A stretch of 63,840 nt of DNA, filler included, from Octopus bimaculoides (taxonomy: Eukaryota): assembly GCF_001194135.2 (NCBI RefSeq). It is 5 parts of 5 records of this genome, joined end to end, with 100 filler letters (N's around TTAATTAATTAA, not from the genome) between each part and the next. Parts side by side here need not be neighbours in the genome. Positions count along the whole stretch, not along the records: positions 31,489 to 53,380 come from NC_068988.1; 4 more parts are not named here. One strand, given 5' to 3'. The translations under genes were made by a program, and so were the position numbers. Of this stretch, positions 39,401 to 52,451 are shown in pieces (within the stretch, counting starts at the first letter, position 1; every line of letters begins with the position of its first letter). The notes under the pieces were generated by a model. The model had not been told where the DNA came from. It was given only the letters and a program-made list of their open reading frames with translations, and did no database searches.

Positions 39401-39891
39401 TGTAATTTCAACCAATGACTGACGTCCATTCAGCCGAATATATTAAGTGCTGACTACGTAAACAAACGATTCTCGCGGTGATAAAATTATTATTTCCTTG
39501 TCAAAAAATGGCTGAAGCATATTGGCAGTAGCTAATAAACCTTTCTATTATAGGCACAAGGCATGGTTTTTGAGGGAAGGAGCAAGTCAATTAGGGTTAG
39601 GGTTAGGGAAAACGAACACACGTGTGTTGCCTCTGCAAAATGTCAGAAGTAATGGAGATTAAATACGCTTTACACCGCTTAAACTGCCAAAGGAATAAGT
39701 GTAAACAGCTGAATACTTGTCAGTGATTGGTTGGAATTATCGAAATAAGACAATTTTTTACATGAAATAAATTCGAATACAAAATTTTCTTTCTGTTCTA
39801 TAACACAAAATAGATAAGTATACGAAGTTTGAAAGTCTTTCGGTACCAAAAACACTACATAAAACATAAATGAAAACTGGTGCCCCCTTAA
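36421..39891. mobile_element. Non-autonomous inverted-arm DNA transposon (possibly Kolobok-like) hosting the LTR element
   Basis: Ends GGGAGCACCAGT and ACTGGTGCCCCC|TTAA; left arm split at 36452/39286, right arm at about 39720-39887; (TTAGGG)3 at 39591-39608. Left TTAA not conserved, so the superfamily call is tentative. Confidence 0.55.
36453..39285 (-). mobile_element. Internally deleted Ty3/Gypsy LTR retrotransposon (CsRn1-like)
   Basis: Two 350-bp LTRs (36453-36802, 38936-39285), 14 substitutions counted by eye, no indels; ACTT TSD (36449-36452, 39286-39289); PBS TGGTGACCCCGA after the 5' LTR; PPT GAGGGGGAG before the 3' LTR; integrase relics IRTTCYHPASNGMVECFHRQFKAAL and VDANGRTEIVSVDRLKK. 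Confidence 0.95.
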
Positions 39892-40275
39892 CCAAATATT
39901 TTCGTCGCTTTGAGGCCACAACCTGTTCACTGACCAAAATTCCATGCTGCATTTGAAACTAAATATTTTAAATTTGACTATTAAAATGCAGGGGAGGTAA
40001 CTATTCATTTTGGCAAATTAGATTTAAATGTTGAAGTTTTTGTGTGTTTTTAAATGGCTTATAAACACCTTCCACGCTGCAATTGTTTTTGTTTCAGCAC
40101 ACGATCTCAGATCAGGTCATTTGCTATCCAAGTACATCTCTGTAGTTTTGAATTAATATATATATAAGATAATGTTCTAATATAAATAGATACATGTGTG
40201 TATGAGTTGTATATATATGTAAATTATAAAAAAATAGATAGATGTATATGAGCTTTGCAGCTGGACGATTCAGCG

Positions 40276-40660
40276 AAGAGGAGAAGAAAAGCTCTGGAAC
40301 AACGTACTTAAAGAATCAAAGAGTTGTTAGGATCCATAACATCAGGCAGGATATGAAGGCACTGAAGTCCCAATACAAGAAGTCCGGAGATGAGGAACGC
40401 ATTGGCCTGGCCCAGCTAATGTGTAGCCTATGGGAAAAGATCAGGGTTCTCTGCCGGGCTGAATGGCACCGAAAGCGGCACTGTGAGAGGGCATGCAAGC
40501 GTGCTGCCTCTATCTCCAACCCCTTCAAGTTCACTAAGGATTTTTTGGGCAGAAGCGCAGTGTTAAACTTGCCTCCTCAGAGGAAGACATAGACCGGCAT
40601 CTGAAGCAGACGTACAGCGACCCCGCAAGAGAGCAGGAGTTGGGAGAGTATAAGGATCTA
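40276..40660 (+). pseudogene. HERO/R2-like non-LTR retrotransposon fragment (pre-RT region)
   Basis: NQRVVRIHNIRQDMKALKSQYKKS..RAEWHRKRHCERACKRAASISNPFKFTK, then EEDIDRHLKQTYSDPAREQELGE. Confidence 0.75.
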
Positions 40661-40664
40661 TTCA

Positions 40665-40860
40665 ATTTGAAGGCCAGATATTTTAATTAATTTTTTTTTA
40701 ACTAAACATTTTGAAACTTCGGATACTGGTAGAATGTGTCACATAGAACAGGGTTTACTCTTAACGTTTTTGACAAAAATTTGTATTTTAGAAGTTATTT
40801 CGTGTGAAAGTTGTAGTATTTGGATAATTTTAACCAATCAATGACATGTATTAGTTTATG
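40665..40860 (+). mobile_element. Arm of the same inverted-arm DNA transposon family
   Basis: AACTAAACATTTTGAAACTTCGGATACTGGTAGAATGTGTCAC..AAGTTATTTCGTG matches the 39286, 52250 and 61460 copies. Confidence 0.7.
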
Positions 40861-41081
40861 TTTATACACCTGTTTGTTGTTTATACACCTGTCTTCATCT
40901 TTTATGATATTTTATATTCCAACTATGTATATATAAATGGAACAAAAACGCAATAGAGGACATTAAAACGTTCGGACAGATAGACGACACAAAGGCAGAC
41001 AAGAGAAACAGCAATTAGGACGAGCAAAAAAGACGGGCCAATCTTGGCTTTCTTTCTTCAGTCAAGTACCAGAAGTCATGA

Positions 41082-41116
<35 letters not shown>

Positions 41117-41483
41117 AGAATCTGGCAGGCGTGAAGTGGATTCGATCCACTATACACAAATTTGAATCAACACTGCATCAGAACTTTTCCCGCGGTAGAA
41201 CAANNNNNNNNNNNNNNNNNNNNNNNNNNNNNNNNNNNNNNNNNNNNNNNNNNNNNNNNNNNNNNNNNNNNNNNNNNNNNNNNNNNNNNNNNNNNNNNNN
41301 NNNNNNNNNNNNNNNNNNNNNNNNNNNNNNNNNNNNNNNNNNNNNNNNNNNNNNNNNNNNNNNNNNNNNNNNNNNNNNNNNNNNNNNNNNNNNNNNNNNN
41401 NNNNNNNNNNNNCACAAGCAGGCATACGAGCTCGCATCCTTTTCTCTATAATCCTACCATCTCTCTCTATATATAAATACTAC

Positions 41484-42844
41484 TGTAAGAACGACCGTGC
41501 GAACTCAAAAAGGAGAAATGGTAACGAATGGAAAAAGTGGACTCCTTTTATTTAAACGCGTCACACGGTCGAACACAAAATATATACCTGAGATGATATA
41601 CAAATATGTTATACTACGATAACATATGTGAATTCGTAAATACCAGTAATGAAGAGACGATAGAAGGCAACCGTATAAAATGAATAACAGAGATATTTAT
41701 TGTGGCGTTAAAATGTATGTCTGTGTGTGAGTGTGAATGCGACATATAAAAACATAATAAAAGACAGGCTGTCGTACAAAGAAAAGAGTGTATGTGAGTG
41801 ATACATGTATGTGTATGCGCTATATACAGCAGATAGAAAAGAGAGTCAGTAACACGTGAGCATTTATACCAGTTCTTGAGCACACAATTGGAAGAGTCTG
41901 TATGTGAAAGAAGTTGAGGCTGGGTTGTGATGTTGGCTTCCATGCCGGGCCGGGCTCTTGAGGACAGACGTTCGTCGCTGGCTGAATTCTCTTGTCTATT
42001 ATTAATCGTGGTGAATATGAAACACCTAACAGAATCGAAGAGAGAGAGATGTGCCGCGGTAGTTTGGATTGGTGTACATAGAAAGTCGTCTTGACGCTGG
42101 TGGCGATTGATGCTGGGCAGTAGTAATCGTAGAATCGTGTTGCTGATGTGGCGACGGCGGTGGTAATCTTGGCTGGACGAAGCTGTTAGTGGAGTCGCTG
42201 GAATTGCTGCTGCTGTGTGTGGTACACGGAACAGATCTCAAAGAGAACTGAACCGAGACGAATTTGCCGGGTATAATTTGATCTATTTATAGTTGATGGT
42301 GGGCTCACAAGACATCAGAAAAATACTCTATCACGTGACCTTATTAGGGGCCGTGATTAGTCAGTTTGCGTTCTGGCGGGAACGGTTCGAAGAAGTTGCC
42401 GCTTCGAAGAATAATCAGTCACGTGATGATAGGCAAATGTGTGTTTTCCACTACGGCCGCGCTTGTTTATATTTAACAGCGGGGAAGATGGCTTCTTTGT
42501 GTATAATGGCGATCGGTAGTTTCACTACACTACTATGAAAAAGTGTACATACAGATACAGGCCGAAATTCTTAACCTTGCATGTTTTATATACAAACTGT
42601 TATACTATTACACTGGCCTACCTGTCGTGGTATGGCAACATATAAAGTAACGGTAAATAAAATAAACATTTCTATAAAAATGTTGATCATGATCATCGTC
42701 CATCTTATAACAAGTACAATTGATAAATAATACTTATCGTTACAATAGGTGACACATCGACTACACAACACAATAGTGATACCGTTACAAGTGGTGACCC
42801 GAACAAGAGAATCGCAGCCTTCACAAAAAACTATAAACGTTACA
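41484..42844 (-). mobile_element. Probable solo or terminal LTR
   Basis: On the minus strand: candidate TGTAAC starts (42742, 42788 or 42844), paired TCACGTGA sites, TATA-like CTATAAATAG near 42290, AATAAAA near 41550, end CTTACA. No TSD confirmed (gap follows). Confidence 0.45.
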
Positions 42845-43359
42845 TNNNNNNNNNNAGATAGATAGATAGATAGATAGATAACTAAACTTGTGTTTGTGTA
42901 TATGCACATGTGTGTATATGTGTATACATAAATTATAGATGTGTATGTGTGTATATATATAAGTATATATAAATATGTGTATACATAAATGTCTGTATTG
43001 TGCAAATAAACCGTTTATAGAACAGAATATATATAGATTTAAAGTTATGAATTTACAAAATTTCAGTTAGATTGTTAATTTATGATTAAGCTCGTTCATA
43101 TAGCGTCTTTGTAAAAGTTTAGAAATTATAAATATCTTCATCAAATAGTTAAGAAGGTATGTGTCGTGGCTTCATGTAGGCATAGCATGGATTCCATCCT
43201 CGATTACCAAATTTCACATAACAGTTCAACAACACTTTTCTCACACTAAAACTTTTCTCACACAGGTGACTCGTGCCCAATGGTCGCAATCAATGCTGAA
43301 CTTTGAGCACCAGCAGGCTGAGGCAGTAGTATGAGTGTCTGGGTAGCTCTTTTCAGGGA

Positions 43360-46275
43360 GTACTGCCCACCCTGGAAGGGAAGCCCTACAAAAGGTGGGG
43401 TAAGAGATCAGGATCAAAGGGCAGAGCCAGTTGCAGGAGGAGGGTTACACCTGGTTTATGAAAAAAAGACGCAGACATGGTTTTTGCTGTTGACAAGACC
43501 ACCAAAAGGTTACCTTTCCTCCCATTGGCCATCTCAGAGAGGATGATGATCATATGAACACCAACCATGAATAACTGATACCTGACTTTCATTGATACAT
43601 ATGCTCCAACAATGACCTACCCAGAGGAGGAGAAAGAGGCATCCTACCAAGAGCTGATAAGGATTGTAGGCAAGTTTCCTCACCAAGACGTTGCTAATTA
43701 TAGGCAACTTCAATGCCAAGATGGGATTGTGAGATCTGTGCAGGCCTCATTGGCAAGAGCAAAAAGAACTCCAATGGAGAACTCTTGCTGAACTTCTGTG
43801 CACAGCAAGAGCATTTTGTCACCAATTTACTCTTTGATCAGCCCAACAAGAATTATTTCACATGGAAACACACTTGGTCTGACCTCCATTATTTGCTGGG
43901 CTACATCGTTACCTGGAAGGATGGATTGCAGGAGATCCTGTGCACAAATACTGAACTGACCACTACTTTGTGAGGGTCAGATAAGACTCAGGATCCACTC
44001 TACACTGGAGAAAGACCCTAACCAGCAAAAAGTCAGAGTAGCTTAACATCAGCCAGCTACCAAATGCAGAACACTGTCAGAGACTGACTACTGTGATTAA
44101 GGGTATGGCAGTCCACTCAGATGGACTGAATGTCATCGCAGAGCATTAGCAGGCATTAAAGAAAGCAGTCTTTGCTGCTGAGGAGATCCTTGGGCCCTCT
44201 CAGCATAAAACATCTGAGTGATTCTGGGAACACAGAGAGGAGATCCAGAAGTTGCTAGACAAAAATCAATGTCTGCACCAGTGACATCTGCAGAACTCAG
44301 AGAAGAGAAGGGTCACTTTTGCTGAAATCAAGTCCCAAGTTCAGAGGGAAATGAGATTGCTGAAGAACAACTGGTGGTGCAGGCAGGCAGAAACTTTGCA
44401 GAGGATGGCAAGCAAACACAACTATCTTGGGCTGTTTACGGTACTAAGGCCATCTATGGACCCAGGAGCAATGCAGTGGCACCATTTAAGTCAGCAGACA
44501 GGAGCAAACTTCAGGAGATAGAGCTAGATGGAAGGAACATTTCTGTAACCTGCTCAATCAGCAAGGATCTGTCCAATAAATGGCTAGAGTGGTACCATAG
44601 ACAAAATGACCTTTGCCATAAAATCACTTTGCAGGAGCTGGAGAAAGCATTTGAAGGCTATAGCAAGTTGCAAAGCACCAGGCTTGGATGGCATTCCTTC
44701 ACACATGCTCAAAAAAGGTGATCAAAAACTTCACACTTAGCTGTTGATGCTGTACAACACTTGTCTTTTTAATGAGTGTGTACCCCAAAACTTCAAGGAC
44801 ACTCTGATAGTCACCATTTACTAAAAGAAGATGGGGAAAAAGCAGAATGTGGGAATTTCTCTGTTGGCCACTGCTGGCTAGTGAAAATCATTCTCAAACA
44901 GCTGGAAAACATCTCAGAGTAGGTCTTACCAGAGAGTCAATATGGCTTGAAGCCATGGAGATCAACCACAGACATGATCTTCACACTGTAACAGCTAGAG
45001 GAGAAAGCAGCAGAGGAACCCCAACCCCTCTTTGTGGTGTTTGTATATTTTTCCAAGGCATTTGATACAGTGGACCAAAAAATTCTTTGGAAAGTGTCAG
45101 AGACTTATGGGTGCCCTGAGAAGCTTATCAACATCATCAAGCAATTCCACATAGGAATGAAACAACTAGTTTCAGTTGGCAATTTAGTGAAGCATTTGCA
45201 GTCAACTATGGTGTGAAGCAGGAGTGTGTCCTTGCCCTTGCACTTTTCTCTTTACCTTGTAGCTATGCTTGGCACCATGAGGGTCAATCTACACAAGGGG
45301 GATTTTCATCTGCACCATAACAGATGGAAAGCTCTTCAACTTGGCCTGTCTTTGTACCTCCATCAAAACCAGGGAAATGTGTGACAGAGAACTGCTCTAA
45401 GCAGACAACTCAGAGCTTGTGGCCAGTAACATTGAAGATATACAGCACATTGTGAACCAGTTTTCTTATGCAACAGACAGTTTGGTCACAACATCAATAC
45501 TTTGAAAACTGAGCTGCTCTACCAGCTTTCACCAAGATGTCCTAATAGACCAAGTGAGCCCAAATCAATGACTGTACATGGAGAGCCCTTAAAGTACACC
45601 AAGGTCTTTATCTATCTTGACAGCGCAGTGGCTCATACTAACTCATCTGACCTCAAAGTTGAGAGGCAAATGCAATCTGCCACAAAGACTTTTGGTTCTC
45701 TCGAGAAGCATCTATGGAGCTGCCATAACATTACCCACAACACTAAGGTGTACAATGCTGCAGACTCCCTTGCCATTGAATGCATGGCTCCTCTTTGCCA
45801 TCGAATGCATGGCTTTCTACTGCCCTGAAGAGAGTCTAATTTCATCATCTGCACTCCATCTTGCTTAACAGATTTAGAGGTCCTGCACTGCACTAACAGT
45901 TAACATTGAGACCCTCATTACCTCATTGCAACTGTACTGGGTGGGACATGCTTGCAGGATGGAGGGCAGCAAAAGCAGCTTCAAAAGCAGTTTTCTATGC
46001 TAGACTGTGTCAGGGCAGATGAACCCATAGTGACCAGAAGTTGAGATACAAGGATATGCTGAAGAGACATATGAAGAACTCTGGCATCCCGCCAGACAGG
46101 AAGAAGGCCCTGTGGCGCAATAAGTGGCATAGATTGCTGAAACTCATAATTCCAGCCATTGCAGAGAAACAACAGAGAGAATATGAAAGAGCATGAGAGG
46201 AGTTACATCTCCGTTGCATGAAGTAAATTCACCAATAGCAGGCCTTGTAGCCCACATGCAAGATGATTACTGAAT
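43360..46275 (+). mobile_element. Near-full-length decayed RTE-clade LINE (APE plus RT)
   Basis: APE: TFIDTYAPTM..EEKEASYQEL, IIGNFNAKMG; RT: STTDMIFTL, FVYFSKAFDTVD, GVKQECVLA, ELL*ADN (YADD position), IYLDS; many stops and frameshifts. Confidence 0.9.
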
Positions 46276-46899
46276 AGGAACAATTACCATTGACCTACAA
46301 CAGACAGCCGAATATATGAATATATATTTGCACAACTGAACCTTTCACTCAATTTCCTTCCTCCTCAAGACACCTCACTAACTGCAGTTCTTTCATACCA
46401 TTGACTTTACTTACTACCTAGAACTATTTCACTTGTTAGTATTAATGGATGAAGAGGTAGCTGTTTTCTTCACCTACTTTCATTGATCCCATCCCCTACT
46501 GAGTTACCAAATTATCTTTCCTCTTTTACCACATCTTATTCTCCTAATGCACAACACCTGCCACCCTCTTTTGCACCTACTCCTCAACCTACACATCATC
46601 CCTCACTTGTCCTCCTGTCTACTGTTTTATCATTGCTATTCCACTGCTCTGTACTATCAGGCATTTACTTCTCACTTCACTTCTGGTCCCTGTGCCCTCT
46701 CATTTCTACCGACCTCGTACCTTGAAGGTCTAATCTAACATCTCATGACCATTATTTTATCACTTTCCAGCTCCAGTCAATCATTCCCATCCTTTCTTAA
46801 AATGTAAGTAGTTCCTCTACATCACTCTGCTCTAGCCCCTTCTCTCATACTTTTACCCCGCTTTCCCTATCAAAGTTGCCCTCTCAGGGTTCCATAGTC

Positions 46900-47100
46900 C
46901 TTCATGCATGGCAGCCTCACTAGTTTTGGTGGTATGAAAAATAGATCTAGCACATGTTGTGGAGTGGTTAGCATTAGGATGGGTATCCAGACGTAAAAAC
47001 TGCCAATGGATCACAATGCAATCCTTGGGTTTGTTCAGTTCTGTTAAACTGTGCAATCTCTGCCAGCATGGAAAATGGAGGTTAAATTATGATGGTGATA
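46900..47100 (+). mobile_element. Degenerate SINE/RTE-related repeat tail
   Basis: GGAGTGGTTAGCATTAGGATGGGTATCCAG..GCCAGCATGGAAAATGGAGGTTAAATTATGATG resembles a common cephalopod repeat end (from memory). Confidence 0.45.
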
Positions 47101-47525
47101 ATAATTCTACATATAAAAATTGTAGCAGAATAAGTTAAGAGTAAAACAGTTTTAATTAAATTCCAATTTATTATATTAACTTGATGCACTACATATAATT
47201 TCACACAAGAATATATGTAAGAAACAATGTATACAGTATATCATATATGTTATAGTATAATGAAATATACATTTCTCAGGTATTTACTCACAATGTCAAA
47301 TAAATCAACTGTATGCTTTATCTTTTCTGGAAACATGTCAGAAGGAATGTATACAAGTATTGTAAAAGACTATTTCAATTAAAAATATCACAATGGAAAG
47401 TTATCTCACCAAAGTAGATACAGCTCTGGTTATACAAAATAGTGTTATATTGTCTTTTCTCTGTAAATCATTTATGACTATATCAGATTTATTTCTTCAT
47501 ACAATGACTCCTGACATTGATAAAG

Positions 47526-48473
47526 TTACTCATCTGTATTAATACATATATGTGTAGTTAAATGGCTTTTTTGAGAGAATGGTTTACCACAGATATCACA
47601 GTGATATGGTTTCTCTCCTGTATGAATACGTTTGTGTATAGTTAAGTGATCATTTTGAGAAAAGGTTTTACCACAAATATCACACTGATACGGTTTCTCA
47701 CCTGTATGAATCCTCTTGTGAGTAGTTAAGGTATTTCCGTGAGAAAATGATTTGCCACAGATATGACAGCGATATGGTTTCTCTCCTGTATGAATACGTT
47801 TGTGTATAGATAAGTGATCGTTTTGGGAGAAAGATTTACCACAGACATAACAGTGGTATGGCTTCTCCCCTGTGTGAATGCGTTTGTGAGTAGTTAAGTT
47901 ACATTTTGCAGAGAATGATTTACCACAGACATCACAGTGATATGGTTTCTCTCCTGTATGAATGCGTCTGTGAGGAGCTAAGTTACCTGAGTCAGAGAAT
48001 GATTTACCACAGATATCACAGTGAAAGGGTTTCTCTCCTGTATGAATACGTGTGTGAGTAGTTAAGTCACTATTACCAGAGAATGATTTACCACAGATAT
48101 CACAGTGATATGGCTTCTCTCCTGTATGAATATGCTTGTGATTAGTTAACTCATTATTTTGAGAAAATGATTTACTACAGATATCACAACAATATGGTTT
48201 TTCTCCTGTATGAGTACGTCTGTGCTTAGTTAGATGATCATTTTGAGAGAATGATTTACCACAGGTATCACAGTGATATGGTCTCTCTCCTGTGTGAATA
48301 CTTTTGTGTTTAGTTAAATTACTACTTGCAGAGAAAGATTTACCACAGATATCACAGTGATACGGCTTCTCTCCTGTATGAATACGTTTGTGAGTAGTCA
48401 GGTTACCTTTCTGAGAGAATGACTTTTTACAGATATCACAGTGATATTGTGTTTTACCTATTTCATTTGACAT
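47526..48473 (-). CDS. Tandem C2H2 zinc-finger protein, 315 aa from the first in-frame ATG; no KRAB
   Basis: Open frame with 10 intact CxxC-x12-HxxxH fingers and TGE(K/R)P linkers, plus an 11th lacking the last His (HICIN); ATG at 48473; candidate acceptor TTTCTTGTTTATTTCAG puts the exon start at 48724. Confidence 0.92.
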   Translation of the reverse strand: MSNEIGKTQYHCDICKKSFSQKGNLTTHKRIHTGEKPYHCDICGKSFSASSNLTKHKSIHTGERPYHCDTCGKSFSQNDHLTKHRRTHTGEKPYCCDICSKSFSQNNELTNHKHIHTGEKPYHCDICGKSFSGNSDLTTHTRIHTGEKPFHCDICGKSFSDSGNLAPHRRIHTGEKPYHCDVCGKSFSAKCNLTTHKRIHTGEKPYHCYVCGKSFSQNDHLSIHKRIHTGEKPYRCHICGKSFSHGNTLTTHKRIHTGEKPYQCDICGKTFSQNDHLTIHKRIHTGEKPYHCDICGKPFSQKSHLTTHICINTDE

Positions 48474-49309
48474 CTTTTTGGGAAAGAAATATGTCAATCC
48501 TTGAAATTTTTCACAGTATTCATTTTTCCATAATTTTTCTTTTCTCACTTCAATATATAGATATTTCTATTTTTTGCTTTTATATTTATTCCAAACAATT
48601 ATTTCTACAGATATATTTCCATCAACTTTTATCAGTGTCAATATCTCAAGTTGTTGCAATCTTTGTAGTAAATCTGATCATGTTGAAGTTAAATTATACT
48701 TTTAATCGAATGCCATCTCATATTCTGAAATAAACAAGAAACCTCATAAGATTAGAAGATATTTAAAAAGTAGAGATTCAACAGTGGGCATTTGACTACA
48801 TTTCTATATTGATAAATTGTAGATATAAACATTTACCTTAACAACTGAACCTTACTTTTCCAGTTCAATTACAGAGAAATATAACTGAATTTAATGATAA
48901 GTATAGAACTGAAGGATAACATTTACAAATGGTTTTCTTTACATCTCAACATGATGAATAAATCACTGTAGCTGTCAATATTGACTACTATACATATGAT
49001 ATCAACAAGAAAATATCACACAGAAACAAAATACACAGAAAAGGCTATAAATTAACTCAAAGGAGTGAATCATAGCGATGAAAACAGATATACTGTTCCA
49101 TAAGTTCATCAACGGGTTATATATATAGAAATGCCTCAGTGAATGTGTGTTGCATCAGTACAATGTGGGGATGAAAGTATACTGTTTATAGGAACTAATA
49201 GAATTGGTTTATTCATTTCTATATTCCATCACCTTAACATGACATGCCTATAGATTCTATAAAGAGACAAAATCTTTTCTGTTGCTGTCAGTTTTTATGG
49301 GATATAGTC

Positions 49310-49860
49310 TAGACACCTGTATAGTTAATCAGGTTGTCCACAAGTGAGTCATACCCAATGACTGGTGTGGAAGCACCACAGTCAACTGTTACGAAGGTAA
49401 AGGGGATGCCTTAGACAGAAATAATTACAGTGGTATCATATTGTTGCACCAGGTGATGAAAGTTGGAGAGGGTCATAGATCAACTAATAAGAAAGAATTA
49501 GTCTAGATGTGATGCAGTTTGGTTTTGTGCCAGATGTTATATTCCAAGTAAGGTAGCTGCAGAAGTACTTAGCCAAAAATAAACCTCTGTACTTAGGTTT
49601 TGTTGACACGGAGAAAGTTGTTGACAGAAAATAAACTTCATTAAATGCCTGGTGGGATACTTAGAAGTAGTAGAGAGGTTCCATTACCTAGGTGACCAAG
49701 TCAGCAGTAGAGGTGGATGCTCTGAAAGCATAGCTGCTAGAATAAGTTGAGTAATGTTCAGAGAGCTTCTACTTTGTTGGTAACAAAGGGCCTCTCCCTC
49801 AAAGTGAAAAGTAGATTGTATGATGCCTGTGTGCAAACAGCCATGCTACTTGGCCTACTC
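49310..49860 (+). pseudogene. Internally deleted RTE LINE RT fragment
   Basis: IPNDWCGSTTVNCYEGKGDALDRNNYSGI, MQFGFVP, LYLGFVDTEK, then FHYLGDQVSSRGGCSES and LSLKVKSRLYDACV. Confidence 0.8.
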
Positions 49861-50341
49861 CCATTTTTCTGAAATTTATGGTTATAATTTTCAGCATAGA
49901 ACAGTGAACCAAGTGTTGAGTTTATTAAGTCCAAAAATGGTACCCACATGCAACAAGTGGAAAGCACATGAGCCAGTGTAAAAGGAGCAAATAACTGATG
50001 CTGTGGAACCCACCTTTCTATGGTCAACTTGTATCTCTGTGAGTTTATGTGACACATGAGATACAAAAACTGTAATTTGAGAAACTCCTAGAGTGCATTT
50101 CAAACTTTTGCTTTCGTTTTTTTATTATTTTTTTTTTTTGCTACAAAAAATGTATTGTTTACATGAACTGAACAACAGTAATATAACATAGTTTGTTTTT
50201 TGTAATTTTCGCTAAATAAAATTTCATTGAAGATTTTTCCTTTTTTTATTGCCTGTTCCAAAAATTCGCATGACTATTCATTTAAATGTATTAAAACTGC
50301 AAAACTTCATACAACATTCATTGTGGTAATATATTACTTTC

Positions 50342-50475
50342 ATTAAGGCAGTGAGCTGGCAAAATCATTAGCAAACTGGGCAAAATGCTTTGCAGCATTT
50401 CATCCATCTTCACATTCTGAGTTCAAATTCCACCAAGGTCCACTTTGTTTTTCATCCTTTTGGGATCGATAAAAG
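50342..50475 (+). mobile_element. OR-type SINE, 3'-truncated
   Basis: AAGGCAGTGAGCTGGCAAAATCATTAGC..GAGTTCAAATTCCACC..TTTTCATCCTTTTGGGATCGATAAAA. Confidence 0.75.
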
Positions 50476-52231
50476 TTTTCTAAATTTTTTTTCCCGAACA
50501 AATGAATAACATCAGATTCAGCATGAAAAATTACATCAATACATCAAATCTGAACATTTTCATTTAATTTTAAAATTTCAAAAACTGTGACGGTGACAAA
50601 AAAGATCCAAGAGTCAGAAGAGAACTGTGGTATTGGTAAAAAAAAAATAGTCTGGTGGGCTCATCCACAGCACTATTGGTTGCACATATGGTCATGAATC
50701 TGGGAATGTTGATGATTGGAATAACAATGCTGAACTCTCTTATGTTTTAGTGCTCTCCACTACAGAGTCTCGATTGCCTGGCTAAACAGGTATATAATGG
50801 CTAGTCTGCTATATCTAATTAACATTTAATGGCAACGCTTTGATTTCATCTAAATCACTTATTGTTCTGAAAGATGATGATATTGTCACATCTGTTGATA
50901 CCGGCAAAACTAAGACATGATACAGGGCCAAGCAAATGCAAATATATGAATTCATGTTTGACTTGCTAACATGAAAAAAAAAATGGGGTATTCACCACAT
51001 TGTTATTAAGTTTATAACATACTACCTTCTCTGAAGTCTACAGATTTAGGTTGCAGCTACACCATCATATTGTGTAGGATTAGCTGTGTTACAGTACATC
51101 ATAGTGGATAATAACAGTCTTGATGCTCTCTAGAAGCATTATTCATAGCCGATTCACTAAATTAAAGATCAAACATTGTTTTCATAGATTCTACAATAAA
51201 AAGAAACAATATAATGATGAACAAAGAGAGGATAATTAAATGTAGAAACAAAGCATTAATAGCAAAAATAATTCGTATAAATTTACTTCAGTTAATAATG
51301 ACAGCTGAAATGATAAAAAAAATATGTTGGTCTCTCTGTTACTTTAATTGACGTTTAAGAAATGTTGTAGCTTCTTTACAGATATTGTAGGTAGGTGTAA
51401 AGATAATATGGGAGAGAGAAAGATAAAGAAGTGTATTCTGTGTAAAAGTGATAAATACTTACTAGGGTTTATTGTTCAATAACAGAAAATATGACGAAAT
51501 CAAATATTTCCAGAATAAAAACGGAAGTTAGATTATTGAAGATATACAATCAGGGGATATAACTCTCGCCTTTTTTTTTGAGATTAAGAGAGGAGTGTGT
51601 GTGTAACAGAGCTAATACAAAAATTATTTCCTGAATTAACCTTTGACATGACTTATGTCCCTGGATAATATCTGGAATGGTGAAAATGCCACGTTTAATT
51701 ATTGGGCGGAGTTTTGGACCAGGAAGTCCTCATAAATTGGATTTTCTCCGTTTTGATTGGGATTTTTCCAATTTTTTTTTTGTTTACCATGGAGTCATCA
51801 CACACCCTCTCACCAACCCTCTCTGGACCGATTTTGGCCAATCTTATTTTTGCACTACGCACTTAAAAACTACGAGAAAAAACTTTCGAGTTAAAAAAAA
51901 AACTTGAAAATATTTTCAGACGAAAAGGTGTGAGATTTGGCTGGTGTTTCTAGCACATCCCACAACCACTTTCCGCGTTTCTTTGTTTCACACATGTATT
52001 GATGTTTTTCAATATTTTTCTCCCCATAAACACATTCCTTCGGTATGCGAGGCCGTGTGTCGGTGTGTGTGTGTGCGTGTAAGAAAAAAAGGGCGGACCT
52101 GGCGCACAGCTACCCCTCCACCAAACCAACCTTTCCGATTTTTTTTTCCCGAATTCTTGTTTTCGATGACAGAGATTCCAAATATACAAAAAAAAGACAA
52201 TTTTTTATTTTCACGGAATCTTTTTTAAAAC

Positions 52232-52451
52232 GGGGGCCACATTTTTCATTAACGAAACACTTTGAAACTTGGAACACTGGTAGAATGTGTCATATAAAAC
52301 ATCTTTTTCTCTTAGTCTTCTTAAAAAAAAAAAAGAAATCCATAAGTTATTCCATGTTAAAGTTGTCGTATTTCTGTAATTTCAACCAATCACTGACGTC
52401 CATTCAGCCGATATACATTAAGTGCCGACTACATAAACAAACGATTCTGAA
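52232..52451 (+). mobile_element. Arm of the inverted-arm DNA transposon family, uninterrupted
   Basis: AACGAAACACTTTGAAACTTGGAACACTGGTAGAATGTGTCATATAAAACATC matches the joined flanks of the LTR element. Confidence 0.85.
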
